This document shows, piece by piece, positions 35,521-45,766 of a stretch of 64,000 nt of DNA (the stretch's first letter is position 1; every line of letters starts with the position of its first letter). This DNA comes from Bacteroidales bacterium (GTDB taxonomy: Bacteria > Bacteroidota > Bacteroidia > Bacteroidales > VadinHA17). Location: contig WXFE01000017.1 in assembly GCA_009881065.1 (NCBI GenBank), positions 6,234 through 70,233 on the forward strand. Direction: 5' to 3'. Both the position numbers and the translations under genes were made by a program. A model generated the notes under the pieces. That model saw only the letters and a program-made list of their open reading frames with translations. It had not been told where the DNA came from and searched no databases.

Positions 35521-36427
35521 CGCTGAACAGCTCCCTGTTGGCAAGCACCGCAGCCAGGGGGACGGCTGATGAAGGCTCCACGACGATCTTCAGCCTCGTC
35601 CACATCAGGGTCATGGCCTCTGTTATCTGCTCCTCGGTGACGGTGAGGATGTCGTCAACATTCTCTCTTATGACCGTGAATGTTCTTTCGCAGAGCGATG
35701 TAAGGAGTCCGTCTGCTATGGTGCGTGGGGGAAGTGCCGGCTGTATGACGCCTGTGCGGAGTGATCTGGCCGCATCGTCGGCCAGCAGCGGCTCGGCCCC
35801 GTAGATTTTTGCATGCGGAGCCATGTGGCGTATTGCTATGGCCGTGCCGCTGAGGAGGCCGCCGCCGCCCACCGGGGCAATGACCGCATCAGGGTCCGCT
35901 ATCTCATCAGCCAGCTCCATTGCCGCGGTCCCCTGACCGGCGATGATGTAAAAGTTATCATAGGGATGAACCATCGTGGCGCCGGTCTGTTCAATAACCT
36001 CCGCGGCGGCGGCCTCCCGTGCCGCCAGCGTGGGCTCACAGAAGGTGATCTCCGCGCCATAACCTGCCACCGCCCTCTTCTTCACCCCGGGCGCCGAGGA
36101 GGGCATCACAATATAGGCCTTCACCCCGCGCATCGCTGCCGCATGAGCGAGGGCGGCAGCATGATTGCCCGACGAGTGCGTCACCACGCCGGCGGCACAC
36201 TGGCCTTCCGTGAGATTCTGCACCGCATTGGTGGCGCCCCTGAACTTGAAGGCCCCTGTCTTCTGGAAGTTCTCACACTTGAAGAAAAGCTTCGCGCCAC
36301 TGATGGCATCAAGCTGCCTTGAGGTAAGCACCGGTGTACGATGCACATACGGCCTTATAAGCCTCAAGGCAGCCTCAATATCTTCAAACTTCGGAATGAA
36401 TGACATGACCCTCAGGCCGGCGGGCAC
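35447..36427 (-). CDS. PLP-dependent serine/threonine dehydratase family enzyme (serine-racemase-like, no ACT domain)
   Basis: PLP-lysine motif FFKCENFQKTGAFKFRGATNAV, plus SSGNHAAALA and a glycine loop PVGGGGLLSG. The start is either 36427 or ATG 36406. Confidence 0.85.
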   Translation of the reverse strand: MPAGLRVMSFIPKFEDIEAALRLIRPYVHRTPVLTSRQLDAISGAKLFFKCENFQKTGAFKFRGATNAVQNLTEGQCAAGVVTHSSGNHAAALAHAAAMRGVKAYIVMPSSAPGVKKRAVAGYGAEITFCEPTLAAREAAAAEVIEQTGATMVHPYDNFYIIAGQGTAAMELADEIADPDAVIAPVGGGGLLSGTAIAIRHMAPHAKIYGAEPLLADDAARSLRTGVIQPALPPRTIADGLLTSLCERTFTVIRENVDDILTVTEEQITEAMTLMWTRLKIVVEPSSAVPLAAVLANRELFSGKRSAIIVSGGNADLSKLPFGQRE

Positions 36428-36449
36428 AACTGAAACCGTTTAATCAGGT

Positions 36450-38744
36450 TTAGCCAATTATGCTCCACATAACCGTAAGGCCGGCGAGCACAACTGAAAC
36501 CATTGACATCAGCTTGATGAGGATGTTCAGTGCCGGTCCGGAAGTATCCTTGAACGGGTCACCAACGGTGTCGCCAACAACACCTGCCTTGTGACACTCG
36601 CTCCCTTTACCGCCGTAGTTGCCCTTCTCAATGAATTTCTTGGCATTGTCCCATGCGCCGCCAGCATTGTTCAGCATACAGGCCAGGGTAAATCCGGCAG
36701 TCATACCACCCACAAGGAGTCCTACCACACCCGGAACACCAAGTACAATCCCCGTTACAGTCGGGACTGCTATTGCCAGGAGCGAAGGAAACAGCATCTC
36801 GCGCTGTGCACCCCTGGTTGATATGGCAACGCACTTTGCATATTCGGGCTTGCCTGTTCCGTCCATGATACCCGGTATCTCGCGGAACTGGCGTCTTACC
36901 TCGTCAACCATGTTTCCTGCAGCACGTCCGACAGCTTTCATCGAGAGGGAGCTGAAAAGGAATGCCATCATGGCACCTATGAAGATACCACCCAGAAGAA
37001 GCGGGTTAAGAACCGACAGGTTATAGGCGTTTACAAAGTCCATTATACCGGCGTTGCTGGTCATCACTGCAGTCATGCCTTCAGGAACATCTACTGGGAC
37101 ATGGCTCTTGTAGAAAAGGACATCACCTATCTGTTTGAATCCTTCCGGGGCACTGTCAGCCGTTCTGCCGAGCCAGAGCCTTACCTCTTCAATATATGCA
37201 GCAACGAGGGCCATTGCGGTAAGAGCTGCTGATCCTATTGCAAATCCCTTGCCTGTTGCAGCTGTTGTGTTACCAAGTGCATCGAGGGCGTCAGTGCGTT
37301 CACGCACCTCCTTGGGCAGATTTGACATTTCGGCATTTCCGCCTGCGTTGTCGGCAATGGGCCCGAAAGCATCAGTGGCAAGCGTGATACCAAGTGTTGA
37401 AAGCATACCCACGGCAGCGAAACCTATACCATAGACACCGTCTGCGAAGCTGGTGAATCCGCCTGCAAATCCGTATGCTGCAATAATTGCAATGGCAATA
37501 GTAAGAACCGGCACCCATGATGACATCATACCTACTGCCATCCCTTCAATAATGGTTGTTGCCGGACCCTGCTGGGTCTGTTTCGCGATCCCTCTTGTCG
37601 GTTTATACTCATCCGAAGTAAAGTACTCAGTAGACTGTCCGATTATGACACCGGCTGCAAGCCCTGCCACCACAGCTCCAAATACACCCCATGAAATCCA
37701 GCCCATAAATGCCAGAATGCCTACGGCTACCAGGATCAGTGCAGAACTGCCTCCTGTGCCGAGCAGCAATGCGTTCAGAAGGTTTTTCTGAGTGGCCTGT
37801 TCCTTTGTACGTACCATATAGACGCCGGCGATTGACAGCAGTATCCCCACACCGGCAACGATCATCGGTGAGACGATTGCCCTGATCTGGTCATTGGCAC
37901 TGAGTAACGGCAGTGCCGCACCAAGGGCAGCCGTTGAGAGTATTGATCCTGCATATGATTCGTAAAGGTCAGCACCCATACCTGCCACATCACCCACATT
38001 GTCACCGACGTTGTCAGCGATGGTTGCAGGGTTGCGTGGGTCATCCTCGGGGATACCTGCCTCAACCTTTCCGACGAGGTCAGCGCCCACATCGGCAGCT
38101 TTGGTGAAGATACCGCCGCCCACACGGGCAAAGAGAGCCTGTGTGGAAGCACCCATTCCGAATGTTAGCATGGTTGCGGTAATCTCAATCATCTTACCAT
38201 GCTGATCAGTTCCCGGATGGACAAATGTCAGGCCCATCCATGTCCAGCCCTCAACCATATGCTCCGGCGTAAATACCCAGTAGTTAAGGATGAGGAACCA
38301 GAGCACTATATCGAGCAGGCCGAAGCCTACCACAACAAGCCCCATAACAGCCCCGCTGCGGAAAGCAATCTTAAGCCCGCGGTTCAATGAGACTGATGCT
38401 CCCTGGGCAGTCCTTGAGGATGCCATGGTAGCTGTCTTCATTCCGAGGTAACCGCATAGTCCGGAGAAGAAACCCCCGGTAAGGAACGCCAGCGGCACAA
38501 ACGGGTTCTGAACACCGAGATATGCCAGACCCAGAAGCAGTACCACAAGTATCATAAACACCTTAAATACCACACTGTACTGGCGCTTGAGATAAGCCAT
38601 GGCGCCTTCACTGACGTATCCGGCAATCTCCTGCATCCTTTCATTACCGGCAGGAGCCTTTATCATGCTCCTGTAGAAAATCCATGCAAACAGCAAAGCA
38701 AGCACCGATGCAACGGGTGCAATCCAGAAAAGAGCTTCAATCAT
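36450..38744 (-). CDS. hppA: Membrane-integral pyrophosphate-energised cation pump (K+-dependent-type signature)
   Basis: 764 aa with about 16 TM helices. Motifs are GGIFTKAADVGADLVGKVE, DNVGDNVGD and GNTTAATGKGFAIGSAAL. GNTTAA (Ala rather than Lys) marks the K+-dependent subfamily. Confidence 0.9.
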   Translation of the reverse strand: MIEALFWIAPVASVLALLFAWIFYRSMIKAPAGNERMQEIAGYVSEGAMAYLKRQYSVVFKVFMILVVLLLGLAYLGVQNPFVPLAFLTGGFFSGLCGYLGMKTATMASSRTAQGASVSLNRGLKIAFRSGAVMGLVVVGFGLLDIVLWFLILNYWVFTPEHMVEGWTWMGLTFVHPGTDQHGKMIEITATMLTFGMGASTQALFARVGGGIFTKAADVGADLVGKVEAGIPEDDPRNPATIADNVGDNVGDVAGMGADLYESYAGSILSTAALGAALPLLSANDQIRAIVSPMIVAGVGILLSIAGVYMVRTKEQATQKNLLNALLLGTGGSSALILVAVGILAFMGWISWGVFGAVVAGLAAGVIIGQSTEYFTSDEYKPTRGIAKQTQQGPATTIIEGMAVGMMSSWVPVLTIAIAIIAAYGFAGGFTSFADGVYGIGFAAVGMLSTLGITLATDAFGPIADNAGGNAEMSNLPKEVRERTDALDALGNTTAATGKGFAIGSAALTAMALVAAYIEEVRLWLGRTADSAPEGFKQIGDVLFYKSHVPVDVPEGMTAVMTSNAGIMDFVNAYNLSVLNPLLLGGIFIGAMMAFLFSSLSMKAVGRAAGNMVDEVRRQFREIPGIMDGTGKPEYAKCVAISTRGAQREMLFPSLLAIAVPTVTGIVLGVPGVVGLLVGGMTAGFTLACMLNNAGGAWDNAKKFIEKGNYGGKGSECHKAGVVGDTVGDPFKDTSGPALNILIKLMSMVSVVLAGLTVMWSIIG

Positions 38745-38812
38745 AAGATGGTTTTTTAAATTTGAACAAAACTAATCAGTTTTTTAACACTACATAAACA
38801 AAACTGCAGTTA

Positions 38813-41224
38813 TCATTCTTTATTTTTCACGTACTTGTCAAGCCACCTGAGGTACTCCCAGTGCATGTGGAGGAGTGACTCCCGTGCCGAGTATCCGTGA
38901 GACTCATGTGGTAGCAGCACCAGCCTTGTCACAGCGCCTGCTCCCCTGAGTGCCGCATAGTACCTCTCGCTCTGTATCGGGAAGGTACCCTGGTTGTTAT
39001 CAGCCATGCCATGGATCAGCAGTATCGGATCTTTCACCTTTGTTGCATGGGTGAAGGGTGACATCTCAAGGTATAATTCAGGATCCTCCCAGAAACTGCG
39101 GCGCTCACTCTGGAACCCAAACGGTGTCAGCAAACGGTTATAGGCACCGCTGCGGGCAATGCCTGCAGCGAAGAGTCTCGAGTGCGACAGCAGGTGTGCG
39201 GTCATGAAAGCACCATACGAATGGCCGGAGACTGCAACCCGCTTCGGATCAGTGACACCCATCTCAACAGCCTTGTTGATGGCTGCCTCGGCATTGGCAA
39301 CAAGCTGTTCCACAAACGTGTCATTGGGCTCTTTCCCCTCCAATCCGACTATGGGAAAGCTGGCATCGTTCAGCACGGCATAACCCTGGGTCACGTAAAC
39401 AAGCACTGATGACGGGCTGATGCGTGTGAAGGTATAGGGTGAACCACTCACCTGGCCTGCCATCGAGGGATCATTGTACTCACGCGGATAAGCCCAAAGT
39501 ATGGTGGGAAGCGGACCGTCCTTGACCCTGTCATATCCGGCCGGGAGGTAGAGGGTGAATGAAAGATCAATGCCATCCTTCCTCTTGTAGGTGACCAGCT
39601 CCTTATGCACACCTGCCATCTGCGGATAGGGATTCTCAAATTGCGTTACCTGCTTCAGGGTCCCTTTCTTCAGATCACGTATGAAATAGTTCGGCACCTC
39701 AGAAACGGATTGCCTCACGGTCAGAAGAAGGCCGCGGGCAGGATCAAGAAACTCATTTACCGTCTCATGGTACGGAGCCTCTGAACGCCACAGCCTGGTT
39801 GTCTTTCCGGTCCTGAGATCATATTTGTCTACAAAAGGCCTGTCACCCTCCGGTGATGCACCCTGACCTGACAGGTGCAAACTCCTGCCCCTGTCTGTAA
39901 TCAGTAATACTGACCTTCCCCATGCGTTGGGTACAGTCATCGGCATCCCGGGGTTATTGTACCTGTCGTCTGAATTAAGCTCCCATAACTTCTTAAGAGT
40001 GGCCTGCGGACTGGCAGGACTGAACGTTGATGTAGCCCTGACACGTGACTTTGACAATCCTTCCATCAGGATAGCCAGGTTTTCATTGCCCCAGATAATT
40101 CCCTGGAACCGTTTTTCCGTGGCAATGAAAGGTGCCGGTTCGCCGGTAAAGGGTGCCTCGAACATGAAAACCTGATCATGGTACTGCATCTCCTTTGCAT
40201 GGTAATCGCCTTCGTCAAGGGCTTCCACCCACATCAGCGATGCCGGCCTGTCATTACGCCAGTTGAAGCTCCTGGGACCAGGTATGACAACATCATATCC
40301 CCTGGGCAGGCTTTCACGGAGCGGAGTCTCAAGCATCAGCCTGACCATCTTTCCCTGAAGGTCCCATATCTCTGTCCGTGACGGGAAATTGTAATACGGA
40401 ACCAAATACGAGAATGGCCTTTCGATAATGGAGACAAGGAGCCACTTCCCGTCAGGCGAGGGCGAAACACCTGTGATCATTCCCGGACGGCCAAAGGAGG
40501 CTGCCGACGTGCCATCCCATCTTACCAGCTCGGAAGTGGCATAGTATTCAAATATCTTTTCATCGTCAACACTCTGCAGGAGGTCCTGGAATGTCCGTAA
40601 ATCTCCCCTGACTCCTTCGCTTTCCTGAACCGAAGGACCCGCCGGCACCCTGGAGGATTCGGGAGCTGGTCCCCTGTCGCGCAGGGTGCGCAGGTATATC
40701 AGCGAACCATCAGGCAGCCACGTAATATCCCTTTGAAGGACGCAGTTGAGCCCTTCATCAACTTTTTGCGCCGTCATTGTTGCAGCATCGGCAACCCATA
40801 GTTCAATTGTATTGTCAGTGGTGTTGGTGAAAGCAAACCTTTTGTTGTCAGGTGACCATGTAACCCCTCCCATACTGGCACCGGAAGGAAGGCCTTTCAG
40901 ATCACCCAACTGCGTTCCGTCTCTCTTCATCGAAGAGATCCGGATCATTCCCTGTACACGGCTGGGACCATTGGTCGAAGGATTGAACCTGATCCCTGCC
41001 AGACGCAGTTCAGGCTGCGACAGGTCGGCGATGGATGGTAACCCCGGACGATATAACAACAGCATCGTCTGATTGTCAGAGCTAAGAATTACAGACGGGG
41101 TCTGCGGAGCATCCAGGAGTGAGACAATAGCTTCAGGAGGAAGCTGATAACCGGTTTTGTCCTGTGCGCTGACCAGCATTGCTGAAGCAGCAAGGATGAC
41201 AAAGGCAAGCATTTTACGCATCAT
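38813..41224 (-). CDS. S9 family serine peptidase (prolyl oligopeptidase/dipeptidyl-peptidase-like) with N-terminal beta-propeller
   Basis: Signal peptide, a long propeller region, and a C-terminal alpha/beta hydrolase domain with the nucleophile motif VSGHSYGAF and downstream IHGMADNN / HESHGY. Confidence 0.85.
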   Translation of the reverse strand: MMRKMLAFVILAASAMLVSAQDKTGYQLPPEAIVSLLDAPQTPSVILSSDNQTMLLLYRPGLPSIADLSQPELRLAGIRFNPSTNGPSRVQGMIRISSMKRDGTQLGDLKGLPSGASMGGVTWSPDNKRFAFTNTTDNTIELWVADAATMTAQKVDEGLNCVLQRDITWLPDGSLIYLRTLRDRGPAPESSRVPAGPSVQESEGVRGDLRTFQDLLQSVDDEKIFEYYATSELVRWDGTSAASFGRPGMITGVSPSPDGKWLLVSIIERPFSYLVPYYNFPSRTEIWDLQGKMVRLMLETPLRESLPRGYDVVIPGPRSFNWRNDRPASLMWVEALDEGDYHAKEMQYHDQVFMFEAPFTGEPAPFIATEKRFQGIIWGNENLAILMEGLSKSRVRATSTFSPASPQATLKKLWELNSDDRYNNPGMPMTVPNAWGRSVLLITDRGRSLHLSGQGASPEGDRPFVDKYDLRTGKTTRLWRSEAPYHETVNEFLDPARGLLLTVRQSVSEVPNYFIRDLKKGTLKQVTQFENPYPQMAGVHKELVTYKRKDGIDLSFTLYLPAGYDRVKDGPLPTILWAYPREYNDPSMAGQVSGSPYTFTRISPSSVLVYVTQGYAVLNDASFPIVGLEGKEPNDTFVEQLVANAEAAINKAVEMGVTDPKRVAVSGHSYGAFMTAHLLSHSRLFAAGIARSGAYNRLLTPFGFQSERRSFWEDPELYLEMSPFTHATKVKDPILLIHGMADNNQGTFPIQSERYYAALRGAGAVTRLVLLPHESHGYSARESLLHMHWEYLRWLDKYVKNKE

Positions 41225-41324
41225 AATGGTTCTTTTTGGTCTGTCTCAAATTTAATCTTCTGATTTCAGATAGAGAAAGCAAATAAGAGTTATTATTGTT
41301 TTTTAACTTTATAAAAAACTGTGT

Positions 41325-41921
41325 ATGACCGTTCAGCGTAAAGGGATGAAGAGTGAATTCGGAACCGATCTGGCTGCTGCCCTGAAGGTTCTCAGGGCCG
41401 GCGGGGTAATACTTTACCCCACTGACACCATCTGGGGGCTGGGCTGTGATGCCACCAACGCGAAGGCTGTACGCAAGATTTATGAGATAAAGCATAGAGC
41501 TGAGAACAAGAGCCTTATAATACTTGTGAACTCTGTGGCGATGCTTGAGAGGTATATCGAAAACCCTCCCGGAGTGGCCATAGAGATGGCAGAGCTCTCG
41601 GAGAAGCCCCTGACGGTGGTCTATGACAGGGGAAGGAACCTGGCTGAGGGGGTTGCCTCTTTCGACGGGTCAGTAGGTGTGCGCATATGCGCGGAACCGT
41701 TCTGCGATGCGCTCATTGAAACGCTTCGGAAGCCTTTGGTATCAACATCGGCAAACATTAGCGGCGGCAGCAGCCCCGTAATATATGACGAGATAAGTGA
41801 AGAGGTTAAGGCCGCGGCAGATTATGTATGCCTCTGGAGACAGGATGACCGAAGCAGGGCCACACCCTCTCCGGTCATCAGAATATCCGGTAACGGTATT
41901 GTAAAGATTCTGCGCAGATGA
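41325..41921 (+). CDS. tsaC: L-threonylcarbamoyladenylate synthase (YrdC/TsaC family)
   Basis: Motifs ILYPTDTIWGLGCDATNAKAVRKIYEIKHR, LIILV and STSANISG. The stop directly abuts the convergent gene's stop (41921/41922). Confidence 0.85.
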   Translation: MTVQRKGMKSEFGTDLAAALKVLRAGGVILYPTDTIWGLGCDATNAKAVRKIYEIKHRAENKSLIILVNSVAMLERYIENPPGVAIEMAELSEKPLTVVYDRGRNLAEGVASFDGSVGVRICAEPFCDALIETLRKPLVSTSANISGGSSPVIYDEISEEVKAAADYVCLWRQDDRSRATPSPVIRISGNGIVKILRR

Positions 41922-42617
41922 TTACTTCATCAGCACCTTGCCTGAGCCTGTAACAGTAGCATCAATCTTCGGATCACCCGAGTATCTGATATTGCCACTG
42001 CCCGAGATAGAGGCTCTCAGCATCTCAGTCACATGGCAGTCGCAACTGCCGCTGCCGGAAATCCTGGCATCCATGATACCAACAGTGGTGTCATCCCCCA
42101 CATAGTCGCCCGAACCTGAAATTGAGATTTCCAGTTTCCTGATGGTGCCGTTCCCGGTGAGATTGAGACTGCCTGACCCGGATATGTCGCACTCCACTTC
42201 CCTGAGTGACACATCACGGAGAAACGCCTTGCCGCTGCCACTGATGGCCACATCCAGCTCATCCCCCATGAGAGGATCGATTACCGTTAAGCTCCCTGAG
42301 CCCAAAATGCTGATACCATCGAGGGCGGGCATGGTGATTCTTACAGTAACCTTTTTGTTTCTGAAATCAAACCATTTATCCCGTCTGATTATCAGCTCAT
42401 CATCGTCAACTCTGGTAATGATCTCCCTGATGTAATCCCTGTCTCCTTCCAGCTCAACGCTGAAATCCCTGCCGAGGCTGATCAGCACTTCGCCTGAAAC
42501 GGCAAAGGTTACCTCATCAAAGCCTGACAGCTGTCTCTTTTCGGTACAGGTTGTCTGAGCAAATGAAGCCCGGGCGGCGAAAATCGTTAATAATGAGAAA
42601 ATCAGGATTCTTTTCAT
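41922..42617 (-). CDS. DUF2807 / head-GIN-domain protein (secreted beta-helical repeat protein)
   Basis: Signal peptide and repeated (I/L)SGSG(S/D/K) beta-solenoid rungs. Confidence 0.7.
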   Translation of the reverse strand: MKRILIFSLLTIFAARASFAQTTCTEKRQLSGFDEVTFAVSGEVLISLGRDFSVELEGDRDYIREIITRVDDDELIIRRDKWFDFRNKKVTVRITMPALDGISILGSGSLTVIDPLMGDELDVAISGSGKAFLRDVSLREVECDISGSGSLNLTGNGTIRKLEISISGSGDYVGDDTTVGIMDARISGSGSCDCHVTEMLRASISGSGNIRYSGDPKIDATVTGSGKVLMK

Positions 42618-42702
42618 AGCTGCTCCGTTTTATCTGGTTACAACAGAAAGACGGCGCAAAATGTTCTATGCTGCACTGTAAATCAAAAAAGAGGCAGGAT
42701 TG

Positions 42703-43197
42703 TCAGTCGTTAAGGCTTACCAGACCTTCCGGGAGGGTCATCGTGATTGTCTTGTGCCTGCGGTCAACGGAAACAATCAGGTCAGGGTGGAGAGGGATAT
42801 AAACCCTCCGGCCTTCTATAACAGCCACGGCAATAACCTGGCCGGGGTTCTGTATTAAATCATCTATTATGCCTGACAAGCCGGTGTTTGTATCAGTCAG
42901 TGTGAATCCCTCCAGCGCCATGAGATCATTACCTGACTCTCCGGCGCCTTCAGAAAGCATCTCGCATCCGCGGAGGTGCGCCACAGACTCTGCAGTGAGG
43001 TAATCATCAAACGATATTATCATAGTATCGGGGGCAGGTAAAAATGCTTCCCGTGTAAAAAAGGGAACCGGTATCCCTTCGGTAATGACGAATACCGGTT
43101 CTCCCTGTTCCGGATCCCCTGTGATGGCTCTCCTGCTCTTCACTACCACGGCTCCATCGAAGCCGTGGGTTTTTGTTATTCTGCCAATGGTTCTCAT
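42703..43197 (-). CDS. rimM: 16S rRNA processing protein RimM
   Basis: N-terminal IGRITKTHGFDGAVVV (RimM motif) and a PRC-barrel C-terminus. It lies immediately downstream of rpsP, as in most bacteria. Confidence 0.8.
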   Translation of the reverse strand: MRTIGRITKTHGFDGAVVVKSRRAITGDPEQGEPVFVITEGIPVPFFTREAFLPAPDTMIISFDDYLTAESVAHLRGCEMLSEGAGESGNDLMALEGFTLTDTNTGLSGIIDDLIQNPGQVIAVAVIEGRRVYIPLHPDLIVSVDRRHKTITMTLPEGLVSLND

Positions 43198-43223
43198 AAT
43201 CAGGTGGCAGGGGGCAGATGACC

Positions 43224-43889
43224 CTATTCGGTCTTTTCTGCAGTATCTTCCTGAGCTTCAGCTGCGGGCGCTTCAGTCTCTGTCTGTGCGGGAGCTTCTG
43301 TCTCTGCCTCTGCGGGCGCTTCAGTCTCTGTCTGTGCCGAAGCCTCTCCGGCTGCATCTTCGGCAGCGCTCTCTTCAGGAGCCTCGGCTGCTTCAGCAGC
43401 TTTTGCTGCTGCCTCTGCCTCAGCGGCAAGGGCTGCCGCCCTTTTGGCGAGCTCTTCTGCCCTGGCCTCCTTGATTGCCTTTTCAGCTTCAAGTTTCTTC
43501 TTGCGCAGCTCTTCGCCCTTCTTCTCCAGGCCTGACCTCTTCAGTTCAATTTTCTCTTCCTTGCCCTTCAGCCATTCATTAAACCGGCGGTCAGCTTCTG
43601 CTTCGTCAAAAGCACCTTTTCTTACTCCTTCAAGCAGGTGCTTCTTCATCATTACTCCCTTATACTTCAGGATTGCCCTGCAGGTGTCCGTAGGTTGCGC
43701 ACCATTCTGCAGCCATTCCAGTGCCCTCTCGAAGTTGATTTCAATTGTTGCCGGGTCAGTGAGCGGATTATAAGTTCCGATCTTCTCAATGAATCTGCCA
43801 TCACGTGGCGACCTGCTATCTGCTACCACCACGTGGTAGAAGGCCTGCTTCTTGCGGCCCTTCCTAGCTAATCTGATTTTTACTGACAT
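43224..43889 (-). CDS. rpsP: 30S ribosomal protein S16 with a long acidic/alanine-rich C-terminal extension
   Basis: N-terminal [42 protein letters not shown] is canonical S16. The C-terminal approximately 130 aa are K/E/A-rich and end in TETEAPA-type repeats. Confidence 0.9.
   Translation of the reverse strand: MSVKIRLARKGRKKQAFYHVVVADSRSPRDGRFIEKIGTYNPLTDPATIEINFERALEWLQNGAQPTDTCRAILKYKGVMMKKHLLEGVRKGAFDEAEADRRFNEWLKGKEEKIELKRSGLEKKGEELRKKKLEAEKAIKEARAEELAKRAAALAAEAEAAAKAAEAAEAPEESAAEDAAGEASAQTETEAPAEAETEAPAQTETEAPAAEAQEDTAEKTE
43262..43337. repeat. 48-bp tandem duplication inside the rpsP tail
   Basis: CTGCGGGCGCTTCAGTCTCTGTCTGTGC occurs at 43262 and again at 43310. It encodes AQTETEAPA / AETEAPA units. 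Confidence 0.8.
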
Positions 43890-43930
43890 TTAAAGAATTA
43901 ATTTATTGTTACTCTTTTTAAACGAGGGTG

Positions 43931-43938
43931 CAAATATA
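43931..43938 (-). promoter_or_regulatory. -7 promoter box TATATTTG upstream of rpsP
   Basis: The plus strand reads CAAATATA. The 13-mer GGTGCAAATATAC is shared with the site at 45670-45682. Confidence 0.45.
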
Positions 43939-43986
43939 CAAGTTAATTTTTACCTGCCGACAGTTCTGCATATTAAAATTTGCCTC

Positions 43987-45654
43987 TCAATACCTGACAA
44001 TGGTTTTTGAATGCTGTTTTCCCCTGGCCGTTGTGACGGTGACAATATAGATTCCTGAAGGCCAGCCGGCGCCGGAAATTGTTATTATGTCAGATTCCGG
44101 AACCATTCCGGCCATTTCGGCGCCGCTGATATTTCTTATCGAAATCCTGTTTGATTCGGGAGGAAGTTCAATCATAAACCGGTCTGTGAAGGGCACGGGC
44201 CAGACTGTGAAAGCATCCTCCTGCCAGCCATCGCCGGCAGCAAGCGAAGCTGTGAGCCGAAGCAGCCTTGCAGCCCTGATATTGTTTCCGTGCGCATCGC
44301 TCACTATGAAAGTTATGGTGTCTGCCGGGCCATCGCTGACCTCGAAGGAACGTGACATTCTCAGCGAGTCACCGTCAAGATAGTAATCAGGCACCCACTC
44401 AGTTCCTGTCAGGGTTGAGTCACATTCGAGGACAATGTCATAGGAGTTATCAGTGGCTTCGTCAACCACGGTGAATTTGCCTATTGCCGTTCCGGGCGGA
44501 TTGCTTAACAGTACCACGGTGTCAGAGAGGGCCACGTCAGTGGGATAATAATAAGGTTGTATACCCAGAATGGCTGTATGATCCTTCGTAAAATCGGAGC
44601 TGCCGGGTTTTAGGTTGTCAATGGTATAGTAACCGTCATCAACACCGGTCCATCCCCAGTTGAGGTGATAGTAGTTGCTTCTAAATACTCCGTCGATATT
44701 GAATGCGTGCCCCGATGCTCCGGTTCCCGGGAAACCGGAATAGATAATCGGCCTTCCGGCAAGAAGATTCTCATCAAGCAGAGCCTTCCATTCAGCAGTA
44801 TTGGTTCCCCGTTTTTTGAAGGCTATCCTTTTGGAAAAGAAAAAGAACTCCTTCAGTGCGCTTGCCGCGGCGGCAGACGTAAGGGTACCTGATCCCGCAG
44901 GGCTGAAATCCATGTCTACTGAGACGGCACAGTGGAACAGGATCAGTGCATTATTATCATCAGGCATTGCAAGTTTCATATTTGCCCAGTCATAGGTGGC
45001 AGAACTGAAGTCGGCATAAATACTTCCGTACGTGGGGTGATCATATTGTCTGGCACCTTTACCATGCTCCGGTATACCGAAGACACTCATTGCCTGTGCC
45101 ATGCTCACAGCCACGCATCCCACGTAAACATGTCCTCCGGGGCCGTCCGGGTCTTCCGGACAGAAGCGGTTCCAGCCCTTATTCTGATTCCAGGTGACCT
45201 TGATCAGCGGTGAGACAATCACCTCTGCTGTGCTTGCAACAGCTGACTTATTGAAGTAATATGCAGGGTCCCACCTGGGATCCCTTGAAGAGCTTTTCGC
45301 GGTAACAGAAAGCTTTAGTTGATCTGCATATCCGGAAAGGAAGACGAACCTGTTGTCCTTTTCGCTTTCAGATGGCTCAGTAAAAGTTCCGGTAAGGGAG
45401 AATGCCAATACCGGCAATGCAGAGTAGTCTCCTGACATAAGGAGCCAGCCTTCCGGCAGAAGGTCAATCACAAATATTGCATCTCCACCTGCGACAGACA
45501 TTGGTCTTATACCAGATACTTTATGAACAGCGCTTCCAAGATATCCATTTATAAAGGCATTGGCCGTTTCTGCCATCTGAGACCTGGTGACAACCTGTGC
45601 ACCCGCTGCAACGGGCAGCAGAAAGAGAAGTGATATGAATAACCGTCTTAGCAT
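43987..45654 (-). CDS. C10-family (streptopain/PrtT-like) cysteine peptidase with T9SS C-terminal sorting domain
   Basis: I prefer ATG 45654 (MLRRLFISLLFLLPVAAGAQ signal peptide); track position 45666 is a TTG. An Spi-inhibitor-like prodomain is followed by the catalytic Cys context WNQNKGWNRFCP...VGCVAVSMAQAMS and the His context SGHAFNIDG. The C-terminal approximately 80 aa (..ISIRNISGAEM..GIYIVTVTTARGKQHSKTIVRY) resemble a Por secretion tail. Confidence 0.8.
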   Translation of the reverse strand: MLRRLFISLLFLLPVAAGAQVVTRSQMAETANAFINGYLGSAVHKVSGIRPMSVAGGDAIFVIDLLPEGWLLMSGDYSALPVLAFSLTGTFTEPSESEKDNRFVFLSGYADQLKLSVTAKSSSRDPRWDPAYYFNKSAVASTAEVIVSPLIKVTWNQNKGWNRFCPEDPDGPGGHVYVGCVAVSMAQAMSVFGIPEHGKGARQYDHPTYGSIYADFSSATYDWANMKLAMPDDNNALILFHCAVSVDMDFSPAGSGTLTSAAAASALKEFFFFSKRIAFKKRGTNTAEWKALLDENLLAGRPIIYSGFPGTGASGHAFNIDGVFRSNYYHLNWGWTGVDDGYYTIDNLKPGSSDFTKDHTAILGIQPYYYPTDVALSDTVVLLSNPPGTAIGKFTVVDEATDNSYDIVLECDSTLTGTEWVPDYYLDGDSLRMSRSFEVSDGPADTITFIVSDAHGNNIRAARLLRLTASLAAGDGWQEDAFTVWPVPFTDRFMIELPPESNRISIRNISGAEMAGMVPESDIITISGAGWPSGIYIVTVTTARGKQHSKTIVRY

Positions 45655-45671
45655 TGTTTGAAACAAAGGTG

Positions 45672-45679
45672 CAAATATA
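45672..45679 (-). promoter_or_regulatory. -7 promoter box TATATTTG upstream of the C10 peptidase gene
   Basis: The plus strand reads CAAATATA, 17 nt upstream of ATG 45654. Confidence 0.45.
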
Positions 45680-45766
45680 CCGAAATTTACAGAGGTGAAA
45701 AAGAGGGTGTTCCCGGTAAATGGAAAACACCCTCTTAATTCAGTTAATTACCTGTCCGGTCTCTGT

